A stretch of DNA of 64,000 bases from Klebsormidium nitens. Lineage: Eukaryota > Plantae > Klebsormidiophyceae. A model generated the notes under the pieces. The model did not search any database and was not told where the DNA came from. It saw only the letters and a program-made list of their open reading frames with translations. The stretch spans positions 62,001 to 126,000 of the forward strand of contig DF237096.1 in the NCBI GenBank assembly GCA_000708835.1. The letters run 5' to 3'. Both the position numbers and the translations under genes were made by a program. Each line of letters opens with the position of its first letter. The stretch's first letter is position 1. Below, one piece after another: positions 12,442-25,019 of the stretch.

Positions 12442-14271
12442 ACAGAAGCCAGCCTGCATAGGTTTGCACCCGAACACGCCACGTTCATTGTTACCTGTTT
12501 TTGACGAAATAAGCTGGCATTGCTGCATGTCGTATCCATTCAAATTGTGCCAAAGCTGCGACACGGACGTACACTGATCGCTGGCTTCGGACTTCTTTGA
12601 TCAATTTGAAAGCATAGAAGGGGCGTCTTGGCCGCATTGCTCAGCCCTTCGTTTTTGAGGAGCGTATCGCTCGTTCGGTGATTGTTTTGGCAGAATGATC
12701 GAAAGTGCCAGTGACATTGGTCAACATGGCTCAACTTGGCGAATTTACAGTTTGACGCTTCACCATGAAGCTTGTGAAGCTTGTCAGCTACTCCGATTAT
12801 CTTTCAGATTCACTTTCTTTGGTGGGTGACGGTGTATGGTTCAGATGTATATTGAAAGAAGTCAGCTATTTGGCAGAGCTGCTTTTGTTGATCCTGATTG
12901 CTATGGAAAACAACGCAGGTGACCCAGGTTCGAACGGTCTAGTGTAATCTGGGCTGTCTAAGCTGCTGCTTCCACCAGATGATGACAAACTACACAGTTT
13001 TGCGCAAGGGCTCTGAGGTCTGCTTCTAAGCAGGCTACTGAGATGAGCATTCTGCAATCCTGATGGTTGAAGCACATTAGGCATGCCCCCGCTCTTGAGC
13101 GAGCTAGGTCCCATTTTGCAGCCACTGATTTCATTACAAGCTTTTCTGAATCCTGTTCTGCGCAGCCGGTATGCAAAGTCAGCAGGTTGTGGCTGAAGGG
13201 GTGAGTTGTTGTGAAACGATTGCTGTGGAGCGAATGGGACCGCTGAAGTTGACAATTTCATGGGCTTGCTCCGACTCATCCCTTGTAACCGCATGCGCGG
13301 AATTTTTTTACAATGGGCAGGCCTGATCTACTGGCGAGTCCTCCAAAGTTAACTTGTTTTGCGATATGAAGGTCCATGAGCACGTGCCGCCAGTTTGCAG
13401 TCATCCCGGTCCATATTGAGTGGCATCGAATGATGGACATCTATCGAGGTCGAGGAAATTAAACGTACCGTATATGCCAATTTGCAAGGTATGAATCATC
13501 CCTGTGCCGAGCACTTGCTTGGTATGGTGCGTTCTGTGAAACTTAGAACTCGTTTAGCTGCATCGTGTCCGCCGTTGAATTGCATTCTCTGGACTATTGG
13601 GGCCTGATATGTCATAACACATTAAGCATGTATTCTGAGCAAATGTCAAATTTCGAGAGTTGCATTCAAAAGTTCTTCAAACACTGAGGTCGAGCTACAT
13701 CGACAATGATGGTAAGCTAGCTAGCAGCGGCGGCGTAATGCTATACCATGACCGCAATCGCCATGCATGCAAGATACAAGCCGCACCTGTCTGGATGGTT
13801 AGTGACTGGCAATCTTGCCACTTGGATTCTAGAGCTCTGTCATGAGTCACTGTGGCTCTACAGCAGCCGCTCCTCCTAACAATGCCAGGTGACCGAGAGA
13901 CACACCAAGATGGCGGCTCTACTCAATAGTGCAGTCGACCGTAAAGAATGATGTGCCTTGAACTTACCCACGGGCACCAGTTCATTGCATCGCAACATCA
14001 TCAGTAGTGTAAGGCCATTTCGAACACCATCTCAATTTTGTTTGAAGCAGGCTCGAACGACTCTAAAAAGCCAAAGTCAGATCGGCGGCTTGCATGTCAA
14101 TCCGTGATATCATGGACGACATGTTATCTAGAACCAGGTTCGTTGAAACGACATTTCTATTAATGGGCGCACCCGCAGCTACTTCTATTTAGCATGAGCA
14201 ACAAACATGTTTGCTGACAAGCAGGCAGGTACAAAAGGGCAAGGGCGCCATATAGCTACCGGCTGTAGATT

Positions 14272-17200
14272 CTAAATCAGCAGCTTCTCAATGGCATCCT
14301 GCGGACAAAAGGTACAAGCCCAGTCAAATTCACAAACTGTGAGATGGCACACGCTCGTAGCCCACAATACAATGCAAACAAGAGTGCCCTCTGACCTAGA
14401 TGAGTGACCATTGACAAACATTCAAGTGCATCAAGCTCATGAAAGCACTCAGATTTGAAAGCCACCGCGAAAGGGGAGCGTCCACAAGAGTATTGCACGG
14501 GCTTGGGAGTTCCTCACCTTCAACTGCTGAATCTGCGTTTTCAGCTGGCTGCCCTCGTTGGTTGTCACAGACGCCGAGATGACCTGCAAAAGATCAACAT
14601 CCGAGTGTCAACAGCATTCTGCGACAATCACAACACCCATCGTAATCCGGACGACTTTGCCCCTAAACGGTGTTTGAACCTATCGGCAATCAACAGACGC
14701 CTTATTGAGAGAAAATAATGGTCGTTTGAATACCCGGAAGACGAATTTGATGGGCTCGACAAAGCAGAGACTCTGCGCTTGTCCCGCGCCTCTTTCAAAA
14801 GACGAGGTGATCGCCAGAGTCTGTTTCCTGAATCTTCTACGAAATCTATAAGGATTCTCCCAGAGAACGGCGTCCGTCAAACAGAGAGTCGTCCACCAAA
14901 AGTGAAGTGGCGGTGCTCACCGGCCTGGACACTCCGCACGCGCGACCAAGCGCCTGCTTTGACGGGACGAAGACGTATGGTACATTCTGCAGGCGAAAAG
15001 AAGGTCGTGAGTCATGCGGGTGTGGCAGAGTCAAGCTTATACGCAGTAGCATACCCGCAAATACGAGGACATTTCCCACAGCCAATTTATTACTTTTCCA
15101 AAAGCTGGCTGGAATTGGCAGACGTTGTCCCCTTGTGATCAAAGATACTGGAAGGGTAGTCATATAAAACGTTTGAAACTTCAAATAGTCATACTGCACC
15201 CACAAAGCTGACCGTTTAAAAGCGGCATCGAACGCTAAGTTGGTTAGCCTTTGGAAGGAGCCATGCGTTCTCTGACCGAAACCCTTGCTTCAGGGAAAGC
15301 AACAAAATCCGAATGAAGTACCGACAGGTGCTCCAGTCAATCTGTCGGGCTCAATCTCAAGGGGACTCGCTTCATTTCACATGGATCCTGGTACTCTGAA
15401 CAGCTAGTCAGGTACACCTTCCATCGCCTTCAGTGTCCCAATCACTAGCCTCTTAACTTGATGACACCAGAACCTCATGCAAAACGCATTCCCATTGCCG
15501 TTATTTCGTTTCAAACACCACGATCGTGGCCACGAAGCGTCGCTTTCATGTGTGACCGTTTCTTTCACGCTTTGCACCAAATCTAGTCGTCACAACAACC
15601 CAAAGACTCGCCGACCTTATGCCCGCAACCAGGCATCTCTTTCAAAGAACAATAACCCGCAAAGCCTTGATACAACTACCTGAGAATGCATCCGGAAGGG
15701 TCTAAAGAAAACGATAAAGCTAATCGAGGTGATCGGACAGTCGAAAGATAAGCGGATAAGCTGACCTTGTCTTCGGCTAGGAGGGGTAGGTGGAGCAGGA
15801 TCTCCAGCGGTTCTGTGTCCGCCGCCATGACAATGAACTCCGCAATTCCACGGTTGAGGGTCTTGGTGGCTGCAGGAACAATAGTGCGCGTCAGGAACAG
15901 GGCTCGCGCAACCCAGACCTTGGCACCGTGCTTGTATTCGCACGTTCTTGAGTTTGCAACTTCAGGAGATCTGTCCTCCCAATCTCTTTTGCCCAGCAGA
16001 GGAAATCGATTGCAGAAGCGCATGACCAAATGGGTCCGAAGCGGCTTAGAAAAAGGGACACGCAGTTCGCCCGATGCTGGCTGCAGAAAGGAACGAAGAC
16101 GATAAAAGGACCAATGACCTGAAAGGATGCAGCCTTTTCACTCTGCAAACATAAGGTTCGAACAGAGCTTTGATGGCACACTGACGAGCTTAAAAGTCAA
16201 TCTGAAGCAGCGGTCGCGTCCCCTTTACATACTTAAAACAAGGTAAGTTCAAAAAGACACATCAGGTTCCATGCTTCTGTGGCTCTTCCAACTTCTGCTT
16301 CAAGAGACAGCTTTAACCCAGCAAGACACATGTCATTAACCACTGGAGAGTGCAGGTACATGAACAGAGACATCCCATCAGCGAGCCGCTCAAAGGCCAT
16401 ACGTTGTAGTGCCTGAGACTCAAAGCATCCGAACGGGGCACTGCCACACAGAAGTCGCAGCACCGTCGCCGCTTGAGTTCCTAACAAGGAAGCTGAGTTG
16501 CTCCAAGAGCATGACCAGCTGCACCGAGGCAGACCAGTCCGACTCTATTATTGGCACGCAAGCCAAAAGATCCTTGCGATGTGCTTTTCCAGCATGGAAT
16601 TAACCACCGTCAAAAATTCATCATCGCATGCTTTAGCACCAGATAAAAGAGGCGCCTCGGCTGAGAAGACACCTCAAACAACTAGAATGAAGGGCAGTGC
16701 GTACCTTCATTGGCCCCCTTCTTGAGCTGCTTATAGTTGGCGGCCTGCTGGACAATGTCCAGGATCGTGATGGTCAGCTGCGCGTCGGCGAGCGGATATG
16801 CCTTGGGGTTCACAGCCTCAGAGCCCTGCAGAGAATAAGGGCAAACAACTTGAGAAACTAGCAACGACATAAACCGGCTTGTTTCAGGTTGTATACTTCT
16901 GAGATGATGAGATCCTTTGGTGGTAAGCCTTGGCATCCACTACCTCAGAGCTTCGCAGCAAAAGGGCAACGTAGCGGCTGGTTCGAGCTGGCTCAAAATG
17001 TTGGAAGACTGCCGTATGTAAACCCTTCGCGCCAAAAACGTAAAGCTCAGCGCGGGGTCTGGTGAAGTAAGGCAGTAGGACAAACTTCTTTGGTGTGAGA
17101 AAGCCTGCCCAACATTCAGGAAATAGACTTTTTTTATTTCTGAAGTCTACGTCTGCATTCTGATTTGTTTCCCAGTTGACTGAATGCTGATGAAGCAAGC

Positions 17201-17951
17201 GGCCGCCTGGATTTGCCGGGTCGCTGTATGTCCAAAGGCACTGCAAATGGGTACTTTTGGTTAATGAACCTTTTGAGTACAAGGGATATCCAAAAGCTCA
17301 AGATCAACCGGAAAGACAAGATCAACCGGAAAGACAAGGGAACAGAAACGCTCAGAATAGTTGACAACTGATGGCGTTCTAAACAAAAAACGCACGGTAA
17401 AAAAATTAATCACCGCATCACCGCATCACCGTGCCCTACTCGTAGGGCGCCGGAGAAGCCACGCAAAAGCTTGTTCTGTAAAAGCTTGCAGATCAATCAC
17501 CACCAATATTCACAAACCAGGAGATACTGGCGCACACTCCATTTTGAAAAAAGCATTGTAGAAACTGGCAGGCGTGAAGGCCGCAGCGAAAGAATGGCGC
17601 GCACGGTTGCGACCACTATTACCATCAGCAAGGACCCACTGTTACCAAACAAGAGAGTACCATTACCGCAAACGCTGAATACACAATAAGGGGTGCAAAC
17701 TTGCCAGGAAGTTTCAATGGCGGGGCCGAATGCTTGGGTGGTATACTTATTTTGACAACATAGTGATGGCAAGTACCCAACATGTTCAAACGTGCCACCA
17801 CAGCGTCCTTCTCCTACTTTCTCCACCAAAACCAACGTCAACAACTGAACCCACTTTCACATTATACCAGGCATATTGTGATACTCTGTGGTCCTGCTAC
17901 GAGGTGTTGTAAAGCGGTTTCAGGAGCACGATGGTCAGGCGCACTTACCAT
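14272..17951 (-). CDS. SNU13: SNU13 / 15.5K / NHP2L1, L7Ae-family box C/D snoRNP and U4 snRNP protein (128 aa)
   Basis: Exons 17951-17949 (ATG only, followed by GTAAGT), 16825-16705, 15869-15766, 14986-14921, 14583-14518, 14298-14272 total 387 nt. Protein [128 protein letters not shown]. Confidence 0.97.
17299..17338. repeat. 18 bp tandem repeat x2.2 in SNU13 intron 1
   Basis: CAAGATCAACCGGAAAGA repeated. Confidence 0.9.
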
Positions 17952-18768
17952 GTTGGCTAATCCCTGGCTGTGGACGGCTCTGTTAGTGCCTTGAAGACAC
18001 CCTTCCGCTTCGATCAGGTGCCTGATCCCAGTTGTTACTACAAAAGCGTTTGCTGACTCGTGTATCTTAGTTTCCACTTCCCTTGCGGAGCGCTTCCAAT
18101 CAACTTCAGGGGCTATTTGCTTCGTTTGCTTCCACTGCCAGGTTTACAAGGTACAGGTATCGTAATCTTACGCTACGAAAGAAAGAAGAAAGAAACGTCT
18201 TAGTCCTGACGCGACAAACCCTGTTCAGCATTCTGCAACGCAGGAGACAACTTGCGCGGTTTGGGGAATCCCTCTCGCGCAGAACGTGGTGGGCAGATTT
18301 TGCGCCAAACGTTGGCTTTGGTGTCGCCGGGCTTGAAACGCGCGAAAACTGTCAAGGGTCTCAGGACTTCAGCTGCGCGGTGCAGAAAGACTGTCGAAGA
18401 GCAGGAAGAGCAGCGCTACATGAATTCAGCAAATGCGGAACCAGTGCAGTGTGCACGTTCAACTTCAAGGAATTTCTGCATCAGTGCATGGCTCCGCAGT
18501 GGAGCAACTTGGACAGTGGGAAGCAGGGACGCATTTCGAATCCGCACTGGACTTTTTAGGGTCACACGAGCAACCTCTTACGAGCTTTGATGGCTGCATT
18601 TATTTTCAGTTGACTCATAGGCTGCAGATCACAAGTGCAGGCGAAAACAGGGCACGCGGCCAGGGGCCTTTGAGACAGAGCGTTAGAGGCTACTGTTTCT
18701 TTGGGACTACAGCGTCAGATTAGAATTTTTGAGGTTGTGGATCCCCCTGTCCATACCAGCTTCTTAAC

Positions 18769-21700
18769 ATGGCTTCCCTCTTCACTAAGAAGAAGACGCC
18801 GAAAGGTGAGCACACCTTATGATTGTGGAGCTATCTGTGAGTTCTGCAGTTGCAGATTGCGGCCAGTGATTGCTGGCTTTTCCGGCTGATGATTGGTTCA
18901 AGGTCCTCCATTCCATTTAATTAGCAGCTTCCCCATGCTCCATGCTTGAAGGCTGCTTGCCATAAAGTCACAAACCCTAATGCTCGGTTTCCTCTCAACA
19001 GAGCTGGTTCGAGAAAGCAAGCGGGAGATGCAACACGCAGGCCGGGGTGAGCATCATGTACTTTTTCCAACTTAGTCGAGTGCTCAATCAAATGAGAGAA
19101 GAGGTTGAAATGCATGTTGAGAAAAGCATGTTTCATTTCTGAAGTCTAGGCTTCATTCCTCAGCAGTTTTTGAGTTGTTCGATATGAGTATGAGGCAGCA
19201 GAGGCAGACGATGGAAGCAACCGGATCTGCGACAAAAGCCAGATTCAAAAGATGGTCTCTTTGTGCAATGTTGTAAGCCCTAGCTCTGTTTCTGTTCCCA
19301 TAGGGCTGGACCGTGAAGTCGCAGCCTTGCAACTAGAGGAAAAGAAGCTAGTGGCGGAGATCAAAAAGACTGCGGCGACGGGAAATAAGGTGAGCTGAGA
19401 AGCTTCGACCGCCTTCAAAAACATCCACTGGCCTGTCATCCTTGTCATTTTGTCTCCGACTGCCTGACTATGGTAGTTTGCCCCAGACTGATGCAATGGG
19501 GATACGATGGAACAGGATGAAGGCAAGAGAGATTTTAAAGGCACCTAAGGATTGTGCTGGTCATGGAAAGATTCATCAGCCTGGGCCAAGGTAGGGGAAT
19601 GTGGTGAATACAGGGGTCAAGACAGGTCACCTCTCTGTCCCCCATCTTTTCATTCTACCAATTGAACCCCCAAATTGTGAAGTTCAGGCGGCTACAAGGG
19701 CGCTGGCAAGGCAGCTGATCATTGGCAGACATTTATTGGTGTAATTCCTTTTCCAAATTGCACCCTTCATATCCATGTCATAGATGACCCCCCCGTGTCC
19801 GTGTCCAGGCAGCTACGAAGGTGTTGGCGTGGCAGCTGGTTTACTTGCAAGGGAGCAACTGTTGCCTCCCCCAGTCTCTCGTTCTCTCGTTTCTCCCTCA
19901 TCGTCCAGCCTTTTCTATTGCCGCCAACTTGACCACTTGAATCGACCCCCCCGTTTGTATCTCCAGGCAGCTACAAAGGTGTTGGCCCGGCAGCTGATCC
20001 GGTTGCGGGGCCAGGTAACAAAACTGCAGTCGAGCAAGGCGCAGTTGCGGGGGGTGCAGACGCACACGCAGGCCATGGTGGCCAACTCGGCGGTGGCGGG
20101 GGCGATGAAGGGCGCTACTGACGTCATGACCAGTATGAACAAGGTGGGGGTTTCGCAGTTGTACTTGGGTGTTTCTCAGCGTAGGGATCAAAGGCTTCAG
20201 CTTTCATGCAATAGTAGGATCTTCGAAGTATTGTCGCCTGCGGCAGGACTGGCATGCCAGGGGAGGGGACGACTTGTAAGACCACAATCACGGGGTTGGG
20301 CTCGCAAAGGCTAGTCCAAGGGAAGGCTTTACATGGGAGGTCATATCGAGGCCGGAGCTTGCATACAGGGGGCTGTTTGTGTGATATGACTTGCAGTAGA
20401 GTTGGCTAGGCCTAGAAAATGCAGCAGTACGTGGATTGATGGAAACATGGAAGCAACTCAGCAGTCAATCATTCTTTACAGTCTACATAAGCCGTCACTC
20501 AGGTTGATCATAAGCAAGGGAGTCCGTAGATTGCCCCCTTGGCTCCTGAATCCTGACTTTGCTTGGCCCGCTCTGCAGTTGATGGACCCGGCGCAGCAGC
20601 GGAAAACGATCATGGAGTTCCAGAAGCAGAACGCGCAGATGGACATGGCGGTGAGCGGCCGCGAGCACTATTTTTGGGTGCCCGACCTTGACATACAATT
20701 TTTTACAGCGCAGTCTAATGGTCGTCGCTGCTCACCTGGGCGTCAGAGAGGCATCAGAACCCCAATCAAATTCTTCAGTCACCACGTCGGTACTTTTGCG
20801 CTTTTGTGTGGAGACCGTTGAAGCCACACTCTAACGATGGTAGTGTAGTCGATGCATCTGCCTACGCCCTTTTGCCGTGACCCGGAATGTCAACACTTCG
20901 CATAGGCCTCGTCTGGCTTCCACGCGGGGGTGCATGCTCAGTCTTGTCATTCTGGGATATCTTCACACGTTCTCACTTCTCACAGTATACTTTCTTCTAC
21001 CAAAAAAGGGGGAGTTTCAGGCAGTCTTTTTGAGGTCCCTGCTTAGACCTGAGCCCACAAGATTGTCGCAAACGTTGAGAGAGTCTTCATTCCGGTGCAC
21101 CATTTCCCTACAGCTCCTCGGAGACGATCTCATGCCGTTTCTAGACCTCTCAATCCGGATGCTTTCCCCCGCTTAATTCTCTTTCGTGCGCCATCAATCA
21201 TAACTATTGCTTTCCGTCCTTCCTGTCTGCCGTCTGCGTTGCTCCGCACGTTTTGTGGACTAGCACTACTATTATCCCTTAATCAAAAGGCCCACAGCAG
21301 CTTGTATACTGGATCCTTGAGATCTTGCGTGCTTAGGGAGGTCCGCAATGAAACCTCACTTTGTAATGCTAACGCGAGACCTTTCTGTTTATTCTCCCCT
21401 CACCCGTTTCGCATGTACTGCAGCTCTTTGCATTAATTCGCCACCCCGGATCCATCTTGAGTTCTGGTTCGCATCTTGACTTGCCGGATGCCGTTTCATG
21501 GTCCATCATGCGATCCAAGGTTAGGAATCATTTCGAGGGACTTGGAAATACGATGGCATGATTCTCGCAAGAGACGTGTGATTACTTCAACCGATCCCGT
21601 TTGTCCGATTCAGGGCGAAATGGTGTCCGACTCGATAGACGACGCCCTGGATGGGGACGACCTAGAAGAGGAAACGGACGACCTAACAAACCAAGTGTTG

Positions 21701-23014
21701 GACGAGATCGGCGTAGACACCGCAGCGCAGGTGGGCAGCGGTTTATTGTTTTCGCTTATCATGGTACTGGAGGTTACAGACTTGGTTCCTTTTTTTCATA
21801 GCTCTGAAGGTTTCAGAATATAACGACTCATTCACCGGGTTTGGGCGAAAGTAGAGTTGACATGGCTGCGCAAGTGAACTTTCTTGCAAAGGATCTCAGG
21901 CGGGACCCTAAGTCTTTAGGATCTTGAAAGAAGTCCAGTCTCCTTACCAATTGGCGGACAAGACTGGGGGTCCGACACCGGCGGCGCATGTACGCTCCTT
22001 TCTTGAGCTGCTCCAGTTCAGGGTACTTCTTGTACCCCATTCAAACGAGGATAGTCGTGCCAGTGCCGAATACAAAAGCAGGTTCCTGCTCGTTACTGTG
22101 TGTCGGGTGCAACATAAGTGTACCGTGCTTGCCGCCTGTCGGTTGGGAGTAGTCCAAACTTTGATGACACGAAGGCGGCAGTTTCGTGAAATCTTTCAGT
22201 ACGAGGTCCATTGTAGCTGTCGCTACCAGTGACCGCCTTTTCCGGGCTGCGGAACCGGTGCCCGTAGTTTGAGTCATGCTCGTGCGTTTCCGAGGAATGG
22301 GGCACCTTATATTTCTTAGGCCTCTGCTCTTCAACCCTGACTCCGTGCATTCGAGGCTTGTCACCCAACGACAATGCTAAATAATGGCTCACCTCTTCCT
22401 TGCCCAAGATTGTTCACGACCATGGCTTGGTTTACTCATTTTGCTTCCTTTCGCTTCTCATGTCTTCTATCCACGACTGTGGCTCCTGCGAAAAGCTTCT
22501 CGATGTTCCTCTCTCTTTGAGCAGTTGGCGTCAGCTCCGAAGACGCGGATCAAAGGCCCCGCCGTTGCTCAAGAAGAAGACAGGTATGCCCGCGCTTGGG
22601 TTCTTTATGCCGTACTTGATAAATTATAAGCTGATGAGCGGGTGCTTTGACATCTCTATTCCTTAGGTGTCACAAGGTCTTAGGTCAATGGCAGGATTTG
22701 GCTTCGGGGGGCTTGAAGGAGGCATCTCAATACAATAGTATGCAACGTGGAAAGAGATCGCCCCTACGCTTCTGAGTTGTCAAATACCGCTTCCATCAAA
22801 CGACGGCCGTAATCAGTAACGGGTGAGTTTCCTAACAGTCTCTCTTCCGGCTACTACCTACCCATCAAGTTGCAAACGCAACTTGAGTTTATCGAGAAGG
22901 ATTCGGGAAAATAGCCGGAAACAAGGTGCTCAACTTACGATTGGCTTTCCTTCGTGCAGCTTCGACGTGGACGATCTAGACAAGCGGCTAGCGGCACTTC
23001 GGGCAGCAAATTGA
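18769..23014 (+). CDS. VPS2: ESCRT-III subunit VPS2/CHMP2 (plant VPS2.2/2.3-like, Snf7 family; 215 aa)
   Basis: Exons 18769-18805, 19002-19046, 19304-19389, 19967-20143, 20579-20650, 21614-21730, 22525-22583, 22960-23014 total 648 nt. Motifs LQLEEKKLVAEIKKTA, KVLARQLIRLR, MEFQKQNAQMDM, DSIDDALD, TNQVLDEIG and C-terminal DDLDKRLAALR. Confidence 0.94.
19660..20000 (+). repeat. Two decayed copies of the acceptor and 5' end of VPS2 exon 4
   Basis: The real CAG|GCAGCTACAAAGGTGTTGGCCCGGCAGCTGATC (19967) has copies at 19809 (5/33 mismatches) and 19688 (6/33 mismatches), each preceded by CAG and a similar GA(A/C)CCCCC tract. Confidence 0.85.
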
Positions 23015-24369
23015 CCAGTTGGGCTCGATCTTTCGGAATGTCACCGAAAGGTTGCGCTTTCGCTGATTGGCTGAGCTGAACAGCTTAGCTTGAACTGGAA
23101 AGTTGGTTTCGCTGGCACTCTCTTACGACAACGGTAGAGGGTATTGACCAGGCGCAAAGTCAAGTGCTTGGTAACTACCGAGGATCATCTGAAGGGGATA
23201 TTGGACAGTTACTATACTGTAAATAATCATCGTTAAGAAGGTAAAGATACGCACACATTGCTTGCAAGCAGACAGTTTAATGATCTGACCTGGCAGGTTG
23301 TAGCTCCGGCGCAAGGTTCGTCTTGGGTCAGGCGGCTGTACTTTGAACCTCGGACGCAGAAGTCCGTCTTTGGGCGGCTGGACCAATGTGCAGATACACG
23401 GGCGCCGGCATGCACCATATTGTTGGCTGCCCGTTGCTTGATGCCATAGCCCGCAACCGGGACGCACGCACATGCATATGTGGTGGACACATGCAGCTTC
23501 TGGTGTTCTTGCATGTAATGATCGCCGGAATCACAAATTTCCAAGAACCAACGCTGCTTAATTACATGCATTATGTGGAACAGCTGAGCCCGTGTGGTCA
23601 TGGGAGTTCGTGGAACGTGTACCTATATTACCTAGCTGGCTGCCACATGGCGGCTATTGTAGCTGGCATGAATTGTGAGTGATCAACCATCATGCCATAT
23701 ATGGATCATGCACGTATGTGCTGCGCACTGAAGTCCCATTGCAAGCAGATCACATATGGCGGCAGAAAACGAGCTCGAAATTCAGCCCTCCTCCTATGCT
23801 CATGCCGTCATGCTTGCATGCCACCATGATGCAAATATGCAGATCCAGTCAGTTCACATGTCGCCTCATGCATACCAAGCGCGCCTGGCCTGGTGTTCGC
23901 GCTCCACTGAGCCACTCCTTATGCATGAACACGTCTGACAATTTGAGTCCCGAGTGAGATGCATTCCAAAAGTTCCTTGTTTGACCATATCTCTTACATT
24001 CTTTGACCTTGCCTTCTCAAAGCCGATTTTTATATGCCAACATATCTGTGGAGGTGTTGATAAAATTATCGATCTTGATTTAACATCAAAGTCCCCCAAA
24101 AGCTTGACGGGTGTGTAGCTGTCAGGCAAATTGCATCTCAACTCGACCTGTCTTTAAGGTACCGGTATATGCTCTGTATGCCAACGCATCAATTACCTAA
24201 CTCGCTGTGACTTCAGTCAACGCTATTTCTTGAGATTCTGGACAAACTTCTTGTAAGTATCAAGGGTGCGATGCACCACCAAAACTATGGCTCCCCAAGA
24301 CTGACATGCAGAAATGGAGAAACAAAAGTGAGTTCATTGTTGTCCCAAAGAGTCACATTTAGCGACCTA

Positions 24370-24658
24370 CCGTAGTCCAAGGTAATGATTCCGAATAAAT
24401 AAATAATTATTTGCATTCGGAAAGTGAGAAATTCGGATTTCTCATTCGGAAAGTGGAAATTCGGAAAGGTTAAAAAATTCTAGAATGGTCCTCGGAAGCC
24501 CCAAAACGGCAAAAATCAGCCCTGAAATCCCCTTTCTACTGGGAACATAGGGCATTCGGATTGTTGTCGGAATCTGCATAAATAATTCCGCTTTCCAGGT
24601 CGGATTGTCGGAAATAATTCGAAATTAAATCGTTCGGAATCATCACGTTGGACTACGG
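24370..24658. mobile_element. MITE (289 bp non-autonomous DNA transposon) with 26 bp TIRs and TA flanks, Tc1/mariner-type signature
   Basis: Left end CCGTAGTCCAAGGTAATGATTCCGAA (24370-24395). Reverse complement of the right end (24633-24658) is CCGTAGTCCAACGTGATGATTCCGAA, a 24/26 match. TA lies at 24368-24369 and 24659-24660. The interior is AT-rich, has many TTCGGA motifs and no ORF. Confidence 0.8.
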
Positions 24659-24957
24659 TAGATACACCATGACAATCAAACCACCAAATGAGAACTCCAA
24701 ATGGGTCTAGAGAACGAACTTTTACAGCCTGCTGATTGTTGATGTGCTTTTGCCTCATCAGGAGACACGTTGAGCTCCAGCTCAAAGAGGCCAGCCACAA
24801 TGACCACGCAAAATGACTTTCCTCTTTGTACATCAGTGCATCCACAGCGCCTCTCTTGGCCATTGCAACCAGTGACAGGGAGAAAGATCAAAGGTAATCT
24901 GCTGGATCTGGGTTGTCAGAACCCTTCTACACACATGCAGGCTCGTGAGATGGCTTA

Positions 24958-25019
24958 CCTCTGGTGCAAACACATTGTGTCCCACAGAATCCTCTGGTGC
25001 AAACACATTGTGTCCCACA
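24958..25019. repeat. Direct tandem duplication, 29 bp identical, 33 bp period
   Basis: CCTCTGGTGCAAACACATTGTGTCCCACA at 24958-24986 and 24991-25019. Confidence 0.9.

Noticed and set aside
12979-13041. Box C/D snoRNA-like motifs (ATGATGA ... CTGA ... CTGA) in the TCTP-SNU13 spacer
   Set aside because: Only about 63 nt long, with no terminal stem and no rRNA-complementary guide I could recognise. A snoscan or Infernal search would be needed.
18972-18980. Telo-box AAACCCTAA near the SNU13/VPS2 promoter
   Set aside because: A single 9-mer inside VPS2 intron 1, about 1 kb from the SNU13 start; expected by chance.
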